Source of the DNA: Rebecca billardiae RCC1528
Taxonomy: Eukaryota > Protista > Haptophyta
Length of the DNA stretch: 64,000 bases
Assembly (NCBI GenBank): GCA_965240325.2
Contig: OZ251226.1
Span: 806,001-870,000 of the forward strand
Reading direction: 5' to 3'
Position numbers and translations under genes: made by a program. Within the stretch, counting starts at the first letter, position 1. Every line of letters starts with the position of its first letter. The notes beneath the pieces were generated by a model, which was not told the origin of the DNA, ran no database searches, and saw only the letters and a program-made list of their open reading frames with translations. Positions 21,985-31,300 of this stretch are shown here, in pieces.

Positions 21985-23295
21985 ATGCGCGCGCTCGCGT
22001 CGCGGCTTCTGCTGCGACGAGCGTGGGCGACGAGCGCGTCGCGGTGGCTGAGTAGCATGCCCATCCCCGAGACGCTGACGGTCGCCGACATGGCGCCGCG
22101 GCTGCGGCCCATGCCCCGGGAGGAGATGATGCGCCGCTTCACCATCGACTCGAACGCGTCTGTGGCGGATTCGATCAAGCACCTCGCGAAGGAGCGAATC
22201 ACCTTCGCGTGCGTGATCGACGAGGCCGAGGGAGGGCGGGTGATAGGCGCCATGTCCGAGCGCGACGCGCTCAAGTATGCCGTGCGAGCTTCGTCCTCGG
22301 CCTTCTTCAGCGGCCGCGACGCGTCGCTCGAGGGCGTGACCAAGGCCATGTCGTCCGCCGAACGCATGCTGTCTGTCACGCCGGCGACGCCGGTGTGGCA
22401 GGCGCTCGCGATGATCCAGCACAAGATCTGGCGGCATGTCGCCGTGCTCGACCAGGACGAGCGCCTCCAGTCCATCCTCGACATCCGCGACCTGCTGCTC
22501 GAGCTCGACGGCGGCCGCTCGGACGACACGCGGCCAGGCACGCACCTGCGCTCGGTGTGGCACGGGCAGCGCGTGGCGGACGTGCTGCGCACGAAGCGGC
22601 GGGACAAGGTGGTCGAGGGCACCACGCTCGAGCTCTACCTCCGCACCCGCGGCGCCGCGCACACCATCCACGCCACGGAGTCGCTGAGCCGCGCGTGCAA
22701 GCAGCTCGCCCGCGAGCGGCTCACCTTCCTCGTCGTGCTCGAGGACGTGGACGGTGCGCACGCGGAGGACTCCGCCGACGCGATCCTCAAGCGGCCGTCG
22801 CCGTACGAGCGGAACCGCGTGGTCGGGCTCGTGAACGAGCGAGACTTTGTGCAGTTCGCCGCGCAGCACGACGGCGTCGTGGGCGACAAGATGGAGACGA
22901 CTGAGGTGCGCGCGCCGCTGCCGCACTGCCGCCGAGCGTCTGCCCTCGCGCGCGCGCGCGACGGGCGCACGGCGTGCGTGCACGGCTGCTCATGCCCGCG
23001 CGCGCCCCGCTCCGCGCGCGGCCCCGCACAGGTGAGCGCGCTGATGACGCCGCTCGACCAGGTGACCTGCGTGAGCCTCACCGACCACGTCTCCGCCGCG
23101 GTGGACGTGCTCTTCTCCAAGAACGTGCGGCACGTGCCCGTGATTGACCAGGGGCACCTGTTCGGCGTGATCTCGCTGCGCGACGTCCTGCGCCCGCTCC
23201 TGCCGGAGAAGGCGCCGGGGAGCGTGCTGGGCGGCGCCGAGCACGGCCTGTCTTCGTCTGTGTGGCGCCGCTCGCACGGCGGTGACGGCCCGTGA
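21985..23295 (+). CDS. CBS-domain protein (two CBS pairs), probably mitochondrial. In-frame intron 22906-23031
   Basis: Arg-rich presequence MRALASRLLLRRAW; CBS motifs VIGAMSERD, RHVAVLD, VVGLVNERD, VRHVPVID...GVISLRDV. Confidence 0.85.
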   Translation: MRALASRLLLRRAWATSASRWLSSMPIPETLTVADMAPRLRPMPREEMMRRFTIDSNASVADSIKHLAKERITFACVIDEAEGGRVIGAMSERDALKYAVRASSSAFFSGRDASLEGVTKAMSSAERMLSVTPATPVWQALAMIQHKIWRHVAVLDQDERLQSILDIRDLLLELDGGRSDDTRPGTHLRSVWHGQRVADVLRTKRRDKVVEGTTLELYLRTRGAAHTIHATESLSRACKQLARERLTFLVVLEDVDGAHAEDSADAILKRPSPYERNRVVGLVNERDFVQFAAQHDGVVGDKMETTEVRAPLPHCRRASALARARDGRTACVHGCSCPRAPRSARGPAQVSALMTPLDQVTCVSLTDHVSAAVDVLFSKNVRHVPVIDQGHLFGVISLRDVLRPLLPEKAPGSVLGGAEHGLSSSVWRRSHGGDGP

Positions 23296-24015
23296 GACGT
23301 GACTCGCTCGGCTGCCAGGCCGTCGCCGACCGCGAGTCCGCGGCTCGTGCCCGCACCGAACGTTGGTCAACGCATACTCACTCATGAGCTGTCACTTGGC
23401 ATCGGCGCTGCAACGTCGGCATCTCTGATGGCGCCGCGTGAGCGCGCGCATGCGTGGCGCACGAAGCAAGATGGGCGCGGCGGATGGCGCAGAGCCTTGC
23501 GACTTGGGCCTTGGCGGACGGCTGACCCCAACTCCCAAGCCCTGACCAACGAGGCTGACTCGCCCCGACGGCCACGGGCGGCAGCGCGAGTCGGAGCGGA
23601 GTGACGCTGACCTCACCTGCATCTCGCACTCGTATGCATGTCGGCCGGGTTCAGGGCTTTACACAACCGGCGTCGCAAGAGCCAAGCGGACTACCCGAAG
23701 CGCAACACTCCGCGGAGTCCGCCGTCCGCGGCACTGGCTGTCTGACGGTGTCTCAGACTCTCAGACGACTCAGTCAGCACCGTGACCGCCGGTGAGGTAA
23801 CCCGGTCGGGCCACTCATTCTGTATTGTCACGCTGCTCGTCTGCACCGAGTCTGATGCTAGCTTACTCTACTTATCTAAGCCTAGCTACATTAGAATATT
23901 GTGGCGTCTAAGACTACCCGCGGTAGGTATTATAAGCAGCAGGCGGCGGTGACCCGGACTCGGCATTGTCAGAAAAAGGCAGGGCCAGGACCGTTGCAGA
24001 GCTTGCGGCCTGGCA

Positions 24016-25143
24016 ATGCGATGGCGGTCGGATGAGAACGCGCTGCTCGCCAGCATCCTCGTGCTGGCGGCGAGGGCGGGGGAGGTGACGCACACGGGGT
24101 TCCTGACGGACATTCTGTGCTGGGAGCTTGAGGATGCCGTTGACGGTGCAAACATGCGCACGGCGCCCGAGGCGCACACGGTGCACTGCATGCGCGACCT
24201 GCAGAAGTGCATCGACTCCGGCTTTGGCGTGCTCGAACGTCCCGAGGGCGAGACAGACTACCAGCTGAAGTACCGCCTCGACGAGCGGGGCAACCAGAAT
24301 GCCCTCGCGCTGTTGCAGCAGACGAGCAAACGCGCCAACTTCATCGTCACCGTGCGCGGCGACGAGCATGGCGACGTGCTGCGCAACGCGGAGGTTGTCG
24401 AGCCGGCGAGCGGCGCGGTGCCCGATGGCGTCGCGGGCGACTTTCGACGCCCGCCGGAGCCTGTGCTCTGCGCGCACATGAGTTTGATGTTGCTCTCGTG
24501 GGGCTGCATGCTGCCGTGGGGCGTCGTGCTCGCCAACCGCACGCGCAAGATCGGCGCCCCTGGGGCGTGGTTCACATCGCACCTGCGGCTGCAGACGTAC
24601 GGCTGGGGGCTGCAGCTCGCCGGCTTCGTGTGCGGCGTCGTGTACACGGAGGCGTACACGGCGCACTTCATTCGCGTGCACCCGGTGCTTGGGATCATAA
24701 CCGTCGTCATCGGCACGCTGCAGCCCGTCAACGCCGTCCTGCGCGCCCACCCCGAGCCCAAGACGCGCATCCGGCGTGCGTGGGAGGTGGTGCACAAGGG
24801 CGGCGGCCGTCTCTGCATCGCCACGGGCGTCGCCTCCATCGCGACCGGGATCCAATTGATCGACGCACTCGCGTATGACGTCGCCTTGATCGCTTCGGCG
24901 AGCGCCGTGGCGTGTCTTGGGCTGCTCTCCGCGGCCGCGTACTTTGCGCTGTCCAAGTGGAGCGAGAGGCTGGAGCCCCGCGCGGCGCGCAACGAGCGCC
25001 GGCCGCTGGACTTGGCGCTGCGGTCCGCGGCGCTTGCGTGCTTCCGTCTCGTCGGCGCGAAGGGTACGGTGGACGAGTCTGTGATCGTCCAGCCCCTCGA
25101 CGACACGGAGATGATGAGGGTCCAACGCGGCCTGGCAACCTGA
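24016..25143 (+). CDS. Cytochrome b561 transmembrane protein with an N-terminal extracellular Cys/His domain
   Basis: Four heme-ligand His in AHMSLMLLSWG, WFTSH, VHPVLG and WEVVHK, plus LQP..A.LR. Preceded by a signal peptide and a soluble domain. Confidence 0.85.
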   Translation: MRWRSDENALLASILVLAARAGEVTHTGFLTDILCWELEDAVDGANMRTAPEAHTVHCMRDLQKCIDSGFGVLERPEGETDYQLKYRLDERGNQNALALLQQTSKRANFIVTVRGDEHGDVLRNAEVVEPASGAVPDGVAGDFRRPPEPVLCAHMSLMLLSWGCMLPWGVVLANRTRKIGAPGAWFTSHLRLQTYGWGLQLAGFVCGVVYTEAYTAHFIRVHPVLGIITVVIGTLQPVNAVLRAHPEPKTRIRRAWEVVHKGGGRLCIATGVASIATGIQLIDALAYDVALIASASAVACLGLLSAAAYFALSKWSERLEPRAARNERRPLDLALRSAALACFRLVGAKGTVDESVIVQPLDDTEMMRVQRGLAT

Positions 25144-25352
25144 GTCCTGACAACCGGCTTACTCACGGTAGACGTAGTAGTAGTAGTAGTAGAATTCGAG
25201 TATGGGCGGCGGATTTCATCATAATTATTGCCCGCCTTTCATCATTTGCCGACGAAACCCGCGCGCTAATACGCGACGTTTATTTTCGGTCATCGACGAA
25301 GGGCGGATTCTCATTGGTGAGGGCGGCGGGAGTTGGCCCCCCACCTGGCGCG

Positions 25353-26326
25353 ATGGGTGCCAGCGGCAGCCAGCCTCCTGGCCAAGGGCCCATCGATGGT
25401 GTTGACGGCGTCCTGCCGTCGCCATCACCAGCAAGCTTCAACGCGCCGCCCGAGGCGCACGTGACCGCTGTCGAGCAGCAAGTGCTCGACCTCCTGCTGA
25501 AGCGTTTCGAAGGTCGGGCGCCAGCGTACCTGATTTTGCAGCTCGTCCGCTCATCCGACTTGATCAAGTTCGGTCGAGACGACCCAAAGCGGATACGCGA
25601 ATGGGCAGACGCGGCTGCCAAGCTGATCGAGGACGTGCTCAAGTGGCGCGCCGAGTTTGGTATCGACGAGCTGCTCGACGCCAAGCTGGACAAGCACGAC
25701 GAGTTCCTCTCCATGTGGCCGGACGTCGTGAATGGTACGGACGCGTACGGGCGGCCTGTCCACTGGCAGCGCCTTGGGATCATCCAGCCCGAGGCGATCA
25801 TGGGCAACTTCAGCGAGCGCGAGATTATCCGGCACCACTCGCAGTCGACGGAGCTCTGCCGAGACGAGTGCATGCGCTTTGCGAAGCGCAACGGCCACGT
25901 CTTCGTTGGCCAGATCGAGGTGCTCGACCTCACCGGCTTTGGCATGCACCACTTCTCGCCCCGTTTCTTCCGGCTGATCAAGGCCGTGATCAGCGTCGAC
26001 CTCACCAAGTACGACGGGATGATGCAGGGCATGGTGCGCGCGCGCATACGCCGTCTGCCGCCGCCGCGCGCGCACGCGCGGGTCAGTGGTCACATCGCCA
26101 CCCAAGCTCACGCCCTCTCTGCGTGCCGCGGGTGGGTGTGCAGGCTGTGCTGAACGTGCCCTGGCTATTCGCGCGGATGTGGAACATGCTTGCGCCGCTG
26201 CTCGACGAGTCGACGAAGGCCAAGATCTTCCTGTGTGACGCACGTGAGAGCAAGGCCAAGCTGCACGAGCTCGGCGTCAACCCGGCAGATGCCCCGGCAG
26301 GTTTTGTGATCGGTCACACGGCATGA
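25353..26326 (+). CDS. CRAL-TRIO/Sec14 lipid-binding protein. Intron 26034-26143
   Basis: LKWRAEFGID, GTDAYGRPV, VLDLTGFGM and spliced AVLNVPWLFARMWNMLAPLLDESTKAKI. The MGASGS start fits N-myristoylation. Confidence 0.9.
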
Positions 26327-26578
26327 CGCCTGGCGAGTGGCGGCGCGATTTGCCTCCTGATTCCCACTCCGAGGGCGCGACGTGACCGACGTCACGTTGT
26401 CGGCTGTCGTCCACTGTCATGCATTTGCCATGTGTGATAGTTCCAGCAGACTGGATCGCGCCTGATTCAGTTTCGGCTGTCTAGCTCCTTATAATGGTAG
26501 TGCGACTGCGAATCTAGTAGCTAACACTGTGCTGACTAGTATTACTAGTATGACTCAACTATGACACCGCGTGATAAT

Positions 26579-26631
26579 AATCTCGCCTGCCTGAGCTGTG
26601 TGCGTCTATTATTCTTACCATAGTAAACTGT
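26579..26631 (+). repeat. Copy of dispersed ~50-nt motif
   Basis: AATCTCGCCTGCCTGAGCTGTGTGCGTCTATTATTCTTACCATAGTAAACTGTA versus 1913-1961. Confidence 0.85.
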
Positions 26632-26704
26632 ATGGGGGTAACAGGCGTGTAACTGTCGTCACTCCTTTCGTCGCCCGCCGTTGCGCGACATGATATATTA
26701 TTTC

Positions 26705-27575
26705 CACCGCCTTCTAATGGCCCTGTAACGGCCGGCGGGTCGCTCTGCGACACCGCCAACAGAAAGGACAGTGGCAACCCGGGGACTTTGTCCCCGCGCC
26801 CCTATCGCGGGCTCTGGCGCGCGAACGCTTTGTCACTACTGGATTCCGAGCCGGAGGTTGGCGCTCCGTGCACCAACAAAGACATCCCCAGCCGCATGTT
26901 GCCACTCGACACCTCGTCTCGCCTCGCGCGGAGCCAACTTGTGGTGTGCGGGAGCCACCCGTAGCACACTGGGCCGTGTAGCGATGCGCGTGGCGGGTCA
27001 ACAGTGCATCGCGAAGGCGTCGCACGCGCAATCCGTTGAGTACATACTCATGTCTGTCCCATGGCACGTCATGCACCGCCTGTCGACACCTCGTCTCGCT
27101 TCGCGCGGAGCCAACTTGTGGTGTGCGGGAGCTACCCGAAGCACAGGCTGTGCTGCACGCGGCGCGTCGCGAGTCGGGAGTGCATCGCGCACACGGCGGC
27201 GCACGACGTGCCATGGGACAGACATGAGTATGTACTCAACGGATTGCTTGTGCGACGCCTTCGCGATGCACTGATGTTGACCCGCCACGCGCGTCGCTAC
27301 ACGGCCCAGTGTGCTACGGGTGGCTCCCGCACACCACAAGTTGGCTCCGCGCGAGGCGAGACGAGGTGTCGAGTGGCAACATGCGGCTGGGGATGTCTTT
27401 GTTGGTGCACGGAGCGCCAATCTCCGGCTCGGGGGCCAGTAGTGATAAAGCGTTCGCGCGCCAGAGCCCGCGATAGGGGCGCGGGGACAAAGTCCCCGGG
27501 TTGCCACTGTCCTTTCCGACGCACCCCTCGCCTAGCGAGGGGTGCTCGACCGTTACGGAAGATTAGATGCACCTG
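26705..27575. mobile_element. Non-autonomous foldback DNA element (long TIRs, 9-bp TSD; Mutator-like by TSD length)
   Basis: Near-perfect inverted arms 26762-~27080 and ~27195-27516. Diverged outer termini CA-n6-TCTAAT-n5/6-GTAACGG at both ends. Flanking direct repeat TATTATTTC at 26696-26704 and 27576-27584. Confidence 0.85.
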
Positions 27576-27689
27576 TATTATTTCGTCGCACGCACAGCGG
27601 ACCGTCCCACCGGTGGCGGATCGTGTCGACTGCCCGGCGCACGCGCCGGGCAGGTGTGCATTCCCTCGTGAAGCTCGGACGAACGCGTC

Positions 27690-28163
27690 ATGGTGGACAT
27701 AGGCATCATCGTATTGGCTGTGATCGGATCGGTATTCGTTGCCGCACTCCTGCTCTTCCCCTTTGTCTACTACGTGATCTCACGAGAAATCTGTTGCGCG
27801 AGCTGCAAGTGCAGGGCTGCAGAGTGCGAAGGGTGTGAGTGCTAGCTGAGAGTCAACTTTACGCGGACACTTGCGCTGCAAGGCGATGCTGAACCAGCAT
27901 GTGCTCGTCATGTCAGCGCTTCCGCAGATACACAGATGAAGGACGCAGAAGAAGGCACTGCTGTACTCGCTGGGCGGACGAGACGGATCGACGGGATCGG
28001 GGATCGGCCACACCGACGACCGAGACACTATCTCCTCCGACGTCCGGACGACGTTCCCAGCTGGACTTCGCGGCCACGCGGGCGCTTGGTCCATTGCCGG
28101 GCCATCACTCAGCATGCGCAGCAGCACTGCAGGGCTATACTACGACATTTTACATACGCCTGA
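27690..28163 (+). CDS. Putative small single-pass membrane protein with a juxtamembrane Cys cluster (~126 aa). Intron 27835-27927
   Basis: Exon 1 MVDIGIIVLAVIGSVFVAALLLFPFVYYVISREICCASCKCRAAECEG. A consensus GTGAGT donor and TTCCGCAG acceptor are phase-compatible with ORF 27936-28163. Confidence 0.5.
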
Positions 28164-28214
28164 GCTGTGTGCGTCTCTTATTAATCTTAGTAATACTATT
28201 AATAGTAAACTGTA
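28157..28214 (+). repeat. Copy of dispersed ~50-nt motif, with AT-rich insertions
   Basis: GCCTGAGCTGTGTGCGTCTCTTATTAATCTTAGTAATACTATTAATAGTAAACTGTA. Confidence 0.8.
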
Positions 28215-28352
28215 GCTCACTATCGCGTCGTCAGAATAACTCAATAAGTCGTGTAGGTACGACGCTACGTGGCTCTTGGCATCGTCTCTATTTGAACAGA
28301 AGTACGACTTTAAAGAATTCAGGCAATAGCGGACAGCAACTAAGACCGTGAC

Positions 28353-31300
28353 TCACAGGCGCACACAGATCGCCGCCACCCACTCATCCCGCTCGGTCTC
28401 GTCCGCACACACAAAGTTGAACACGCGCTCGGGGATGTGTACTGCAATGTGCAAAGGAGCGAGCACGGGGGTGTCGGAGCAGTGAGCGCGCGCCACATGG
28501 GAGGCGACGCACGTGTGAGGTAGGAAGCAAGCGGCCCCACGCCCACGCCACTCTCGCTTGCGGTGCTCACACATGCCGGGGCTACTGGGTGTGGACGCGC
28601 GCAGCGCCTCGCAGGCGTGCCAGGCTGCGCAGCCGGGCGCACGGGACGCCGCGCGCACCGGTGAACGAGCACTGCCTTCGCTCGGGCATCAACGGATCGT
28701 CGATGGCCTTGACGGCTGTGCAGTCTCCGAGCGCGATGCACTGCGGCACGAGGAGCGCACGCGGGGGAGCGCAGCGCGGCGCGCACGACGAGGCGGGCAC
28801 GAGACGGGCGCGCGTGGGCGCGCACGCGCCGAGGGTCGGCGCACTCCCCGCCCCGGCGCGCGCGCGCGGAGCCGCCGCGGCGGAGGCGCGGGCCCCGCGC
28901 GGCGCGCACCTCGGTTGGGTCGACGTACTGACGCGCGCGGCGGTACGAGAGGAGGTGCGTGCCGGTGAGCACGAGCCAGCGCTGGCGGTACTGCTTGAGC
29001 CGCGCGGACTCCTTGAAAACCGAGCCCTCCCTCTCCACCACGGAGCCACCACCACCGCCCGGCGGGCCAGAGGCTGCGCTCAGCTCGGCCGCGGGCGGCG
29101 GCAGGCTCCACGCGCACACCGCGCCGCGCGCGTCGCCCGTCCACAGCGCGTGCTCGGCGCCCGCGTCCGCGCCGACGCAGAGCGCGGTGATGCGAGAGCG
29201 CCCGTGCGGGCTGCCAACGAGCCGCGCCGCTGGCACCTCGCTCAGGCTGGCCACGCGCGGCGCGGCAGCGCTCGCATCGCGCCCGTCAGTCGGCTTGGGC
29301 GGCGCAGCGTCCGCAGCTTCTGCGGGCGCGGCCTCGGCGGGCGCGCCCGCCGCCGCCGCGTACAGCGCACTGAGTTCGCTCGCCACGCTGTCGCCGCCGC
29401 CCGCGACGGCGACTGCGGGCGGCGTGGCCCACCAGCGCACGGAGCCGTCAGCGTGGCCGGTAACCAGCAGAGGCGCGTCGGGGAACGCCGCGCGGTGCCA
29501 CTCCGCGGGCGGCACGAACGCCACCGAGCTGATTGCGTCCGCGTCGGCGCGCGCCCGGCCGGCGGCTTGGTGCGGCGCGCCGCCGCCGTGCGCGGGCGCG
29601 GACTGCGCGCGCAGCTCGCCGTTGACGGACCACACGCGCAGCCGCGACGCGGAGGCGGCGACCACCTCGCCGCCGTCCGCGTCCACGGCAAGCGCGATGA
29701 CAGGCGCGGGCACATCGCGTTCGTCGTGCACGGTGCGCGCGTGCAGCAGCAGCCGACGGCTCAGGTCCCACAGAAACACCCGACCCCCCTCGTCTGCGCT
29801 CACGCCCACGCCGAGCTCCGCGCACACCGCGAGCGCGCACACGCGCGAGGCGTGGCCGAGGAGCGGGCCGCACCAGCTCAGCGAGCGGCCGCCGACAAAG
29901 GCCGTGCCCACCGCGCCGGCCGCGGCGCTGAACGCGCTCGCGCCGCCGCCGCCGCCGCCGCCCACGCCGCCCACGCCCGCGGCGACGCCGCGCGCCGCCC
30001 ACGCTGCCGAGTAGCGCCAGACGCCGACAGCACAGTCCTCCGTCGCCGTCAGCACCGTCCGCCCGTCCGCGGACGCGGCGGCGAGGACAAGCGCGCTCGC
30101 GTGCGCGCCGCCGAAGCGCGCGAGCTCCGGGAGGTAGGCAGGCGGCGCGGGTAACGCCGCGCCGGCCACGCCCGCCGGCCCGGCCGCGCCCGGCGTCGGC
30201 GCGGGCGCGCCGCCGCCGCCGCCGGCCGCGTCGGCCGCGGCCGCGCCCGCCGAAGGTGCGGCGGAGGGCAGGGGCGGCGCGCCCGCCGCCGCCTCCGCGC
30301 CCGCGGCGCCGCTCTGCTGTGAGGGCTGGCGCGACGGCGTGCGGCCGCCCGCGAGCGCGCCCGCGCCGCCTCCGCCCGGCGCGAACGCCACCCAGCCCTG
30401 CAGCACGCGCGCCGTGCCGTCCCAGTAGCCCCAGGCCAGCAGCTCGGCGCGCGCGGCGCGCAGCAGCGTGGCGCACGCGCCCGCGACGACGACGCCGGGC
30501 CTGGCGCCGCGGCGCACGCACGCGAGCTCGCGCACCGCGCCGCCGGAGGGCTCCTGCTGCAGAAGCGCGGGCTGCAGGCGCGCGCGGCCCCAGCGCTCGA
30601 GTAGCGCCGGCGGCGGCGCGCCGCGCAGCGCCGCCCGGCGCGGGTGGGGCCTGTCGGGGAAAAGGCACATCGGCGTCTGCCCAAAGTGGGCAATCTGGCC
30701 GAGCACACGGTCGCGCTCGGCGGGGTCGGCGATCGCGCGCGCGTCGACGGCTCCCTCGTACGTGAGGTAGAAGAAAACGTTCTGCGCCGCCTCCGCCGCG
30801 CGGCCGCGCTGCTTGCAGCCGAAGATGAGGTCAATCCACTCGTGCAGGTGCGCGGACACGTGCTCCGACTCGAGCGCGGCGCGCATCGCGCGCACAAAGC
30901 CGGGCGCGGAGCCACGCGCCCACGGCGGCAGCCCGACGTCGCCGAGCACGACCGAGTCCTGCCGCGTGCCCAGCTGCAGCTCGTGCAGATTCGTCAGGAA
31001 CTCGGGGAGGTAGTAGAACTCGGGGATGAGCTCCTTGACGCAGCCGGTGTCGCACCCGGCCTCGCCCGACGCGAGCGCCCACTCCTCCGCCACCGAGTGG
31101 AACAGCCGGTCGGCGTGGTCGAACCGTCCGTCCTGCAGAGCCTGGTGCATGGCCGCGAACGGCTGCAGCCGCAGCAGGAACGAGGTGACCACTGCCGCGC
31201 TCGAGTAGTGCGTGCCGTAGTGGAACGGCGGGATCGACGGGTCGTCCCACCCCGCGTACCGCTCCTGGAAGCGGCGCGCGCGCTCCTCCGACTGCGCGCC

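Noticed and set aside
26714-27702. Apparent pair of near-identical genes on opposite strands (MATRGLCPRAP...)
   Set aside because: They are translations of the two arms of the foldback element, with non-ATG starts and no coding signal.
26579-28214. Two direct copies of the dispersed motif read as mini-LTRs flanking the foldback and small gene
   Set aside because: The copies differ by several indels, lack TG...CA ends, PBS and TSD, and the motif also occurs singly elsewhere.
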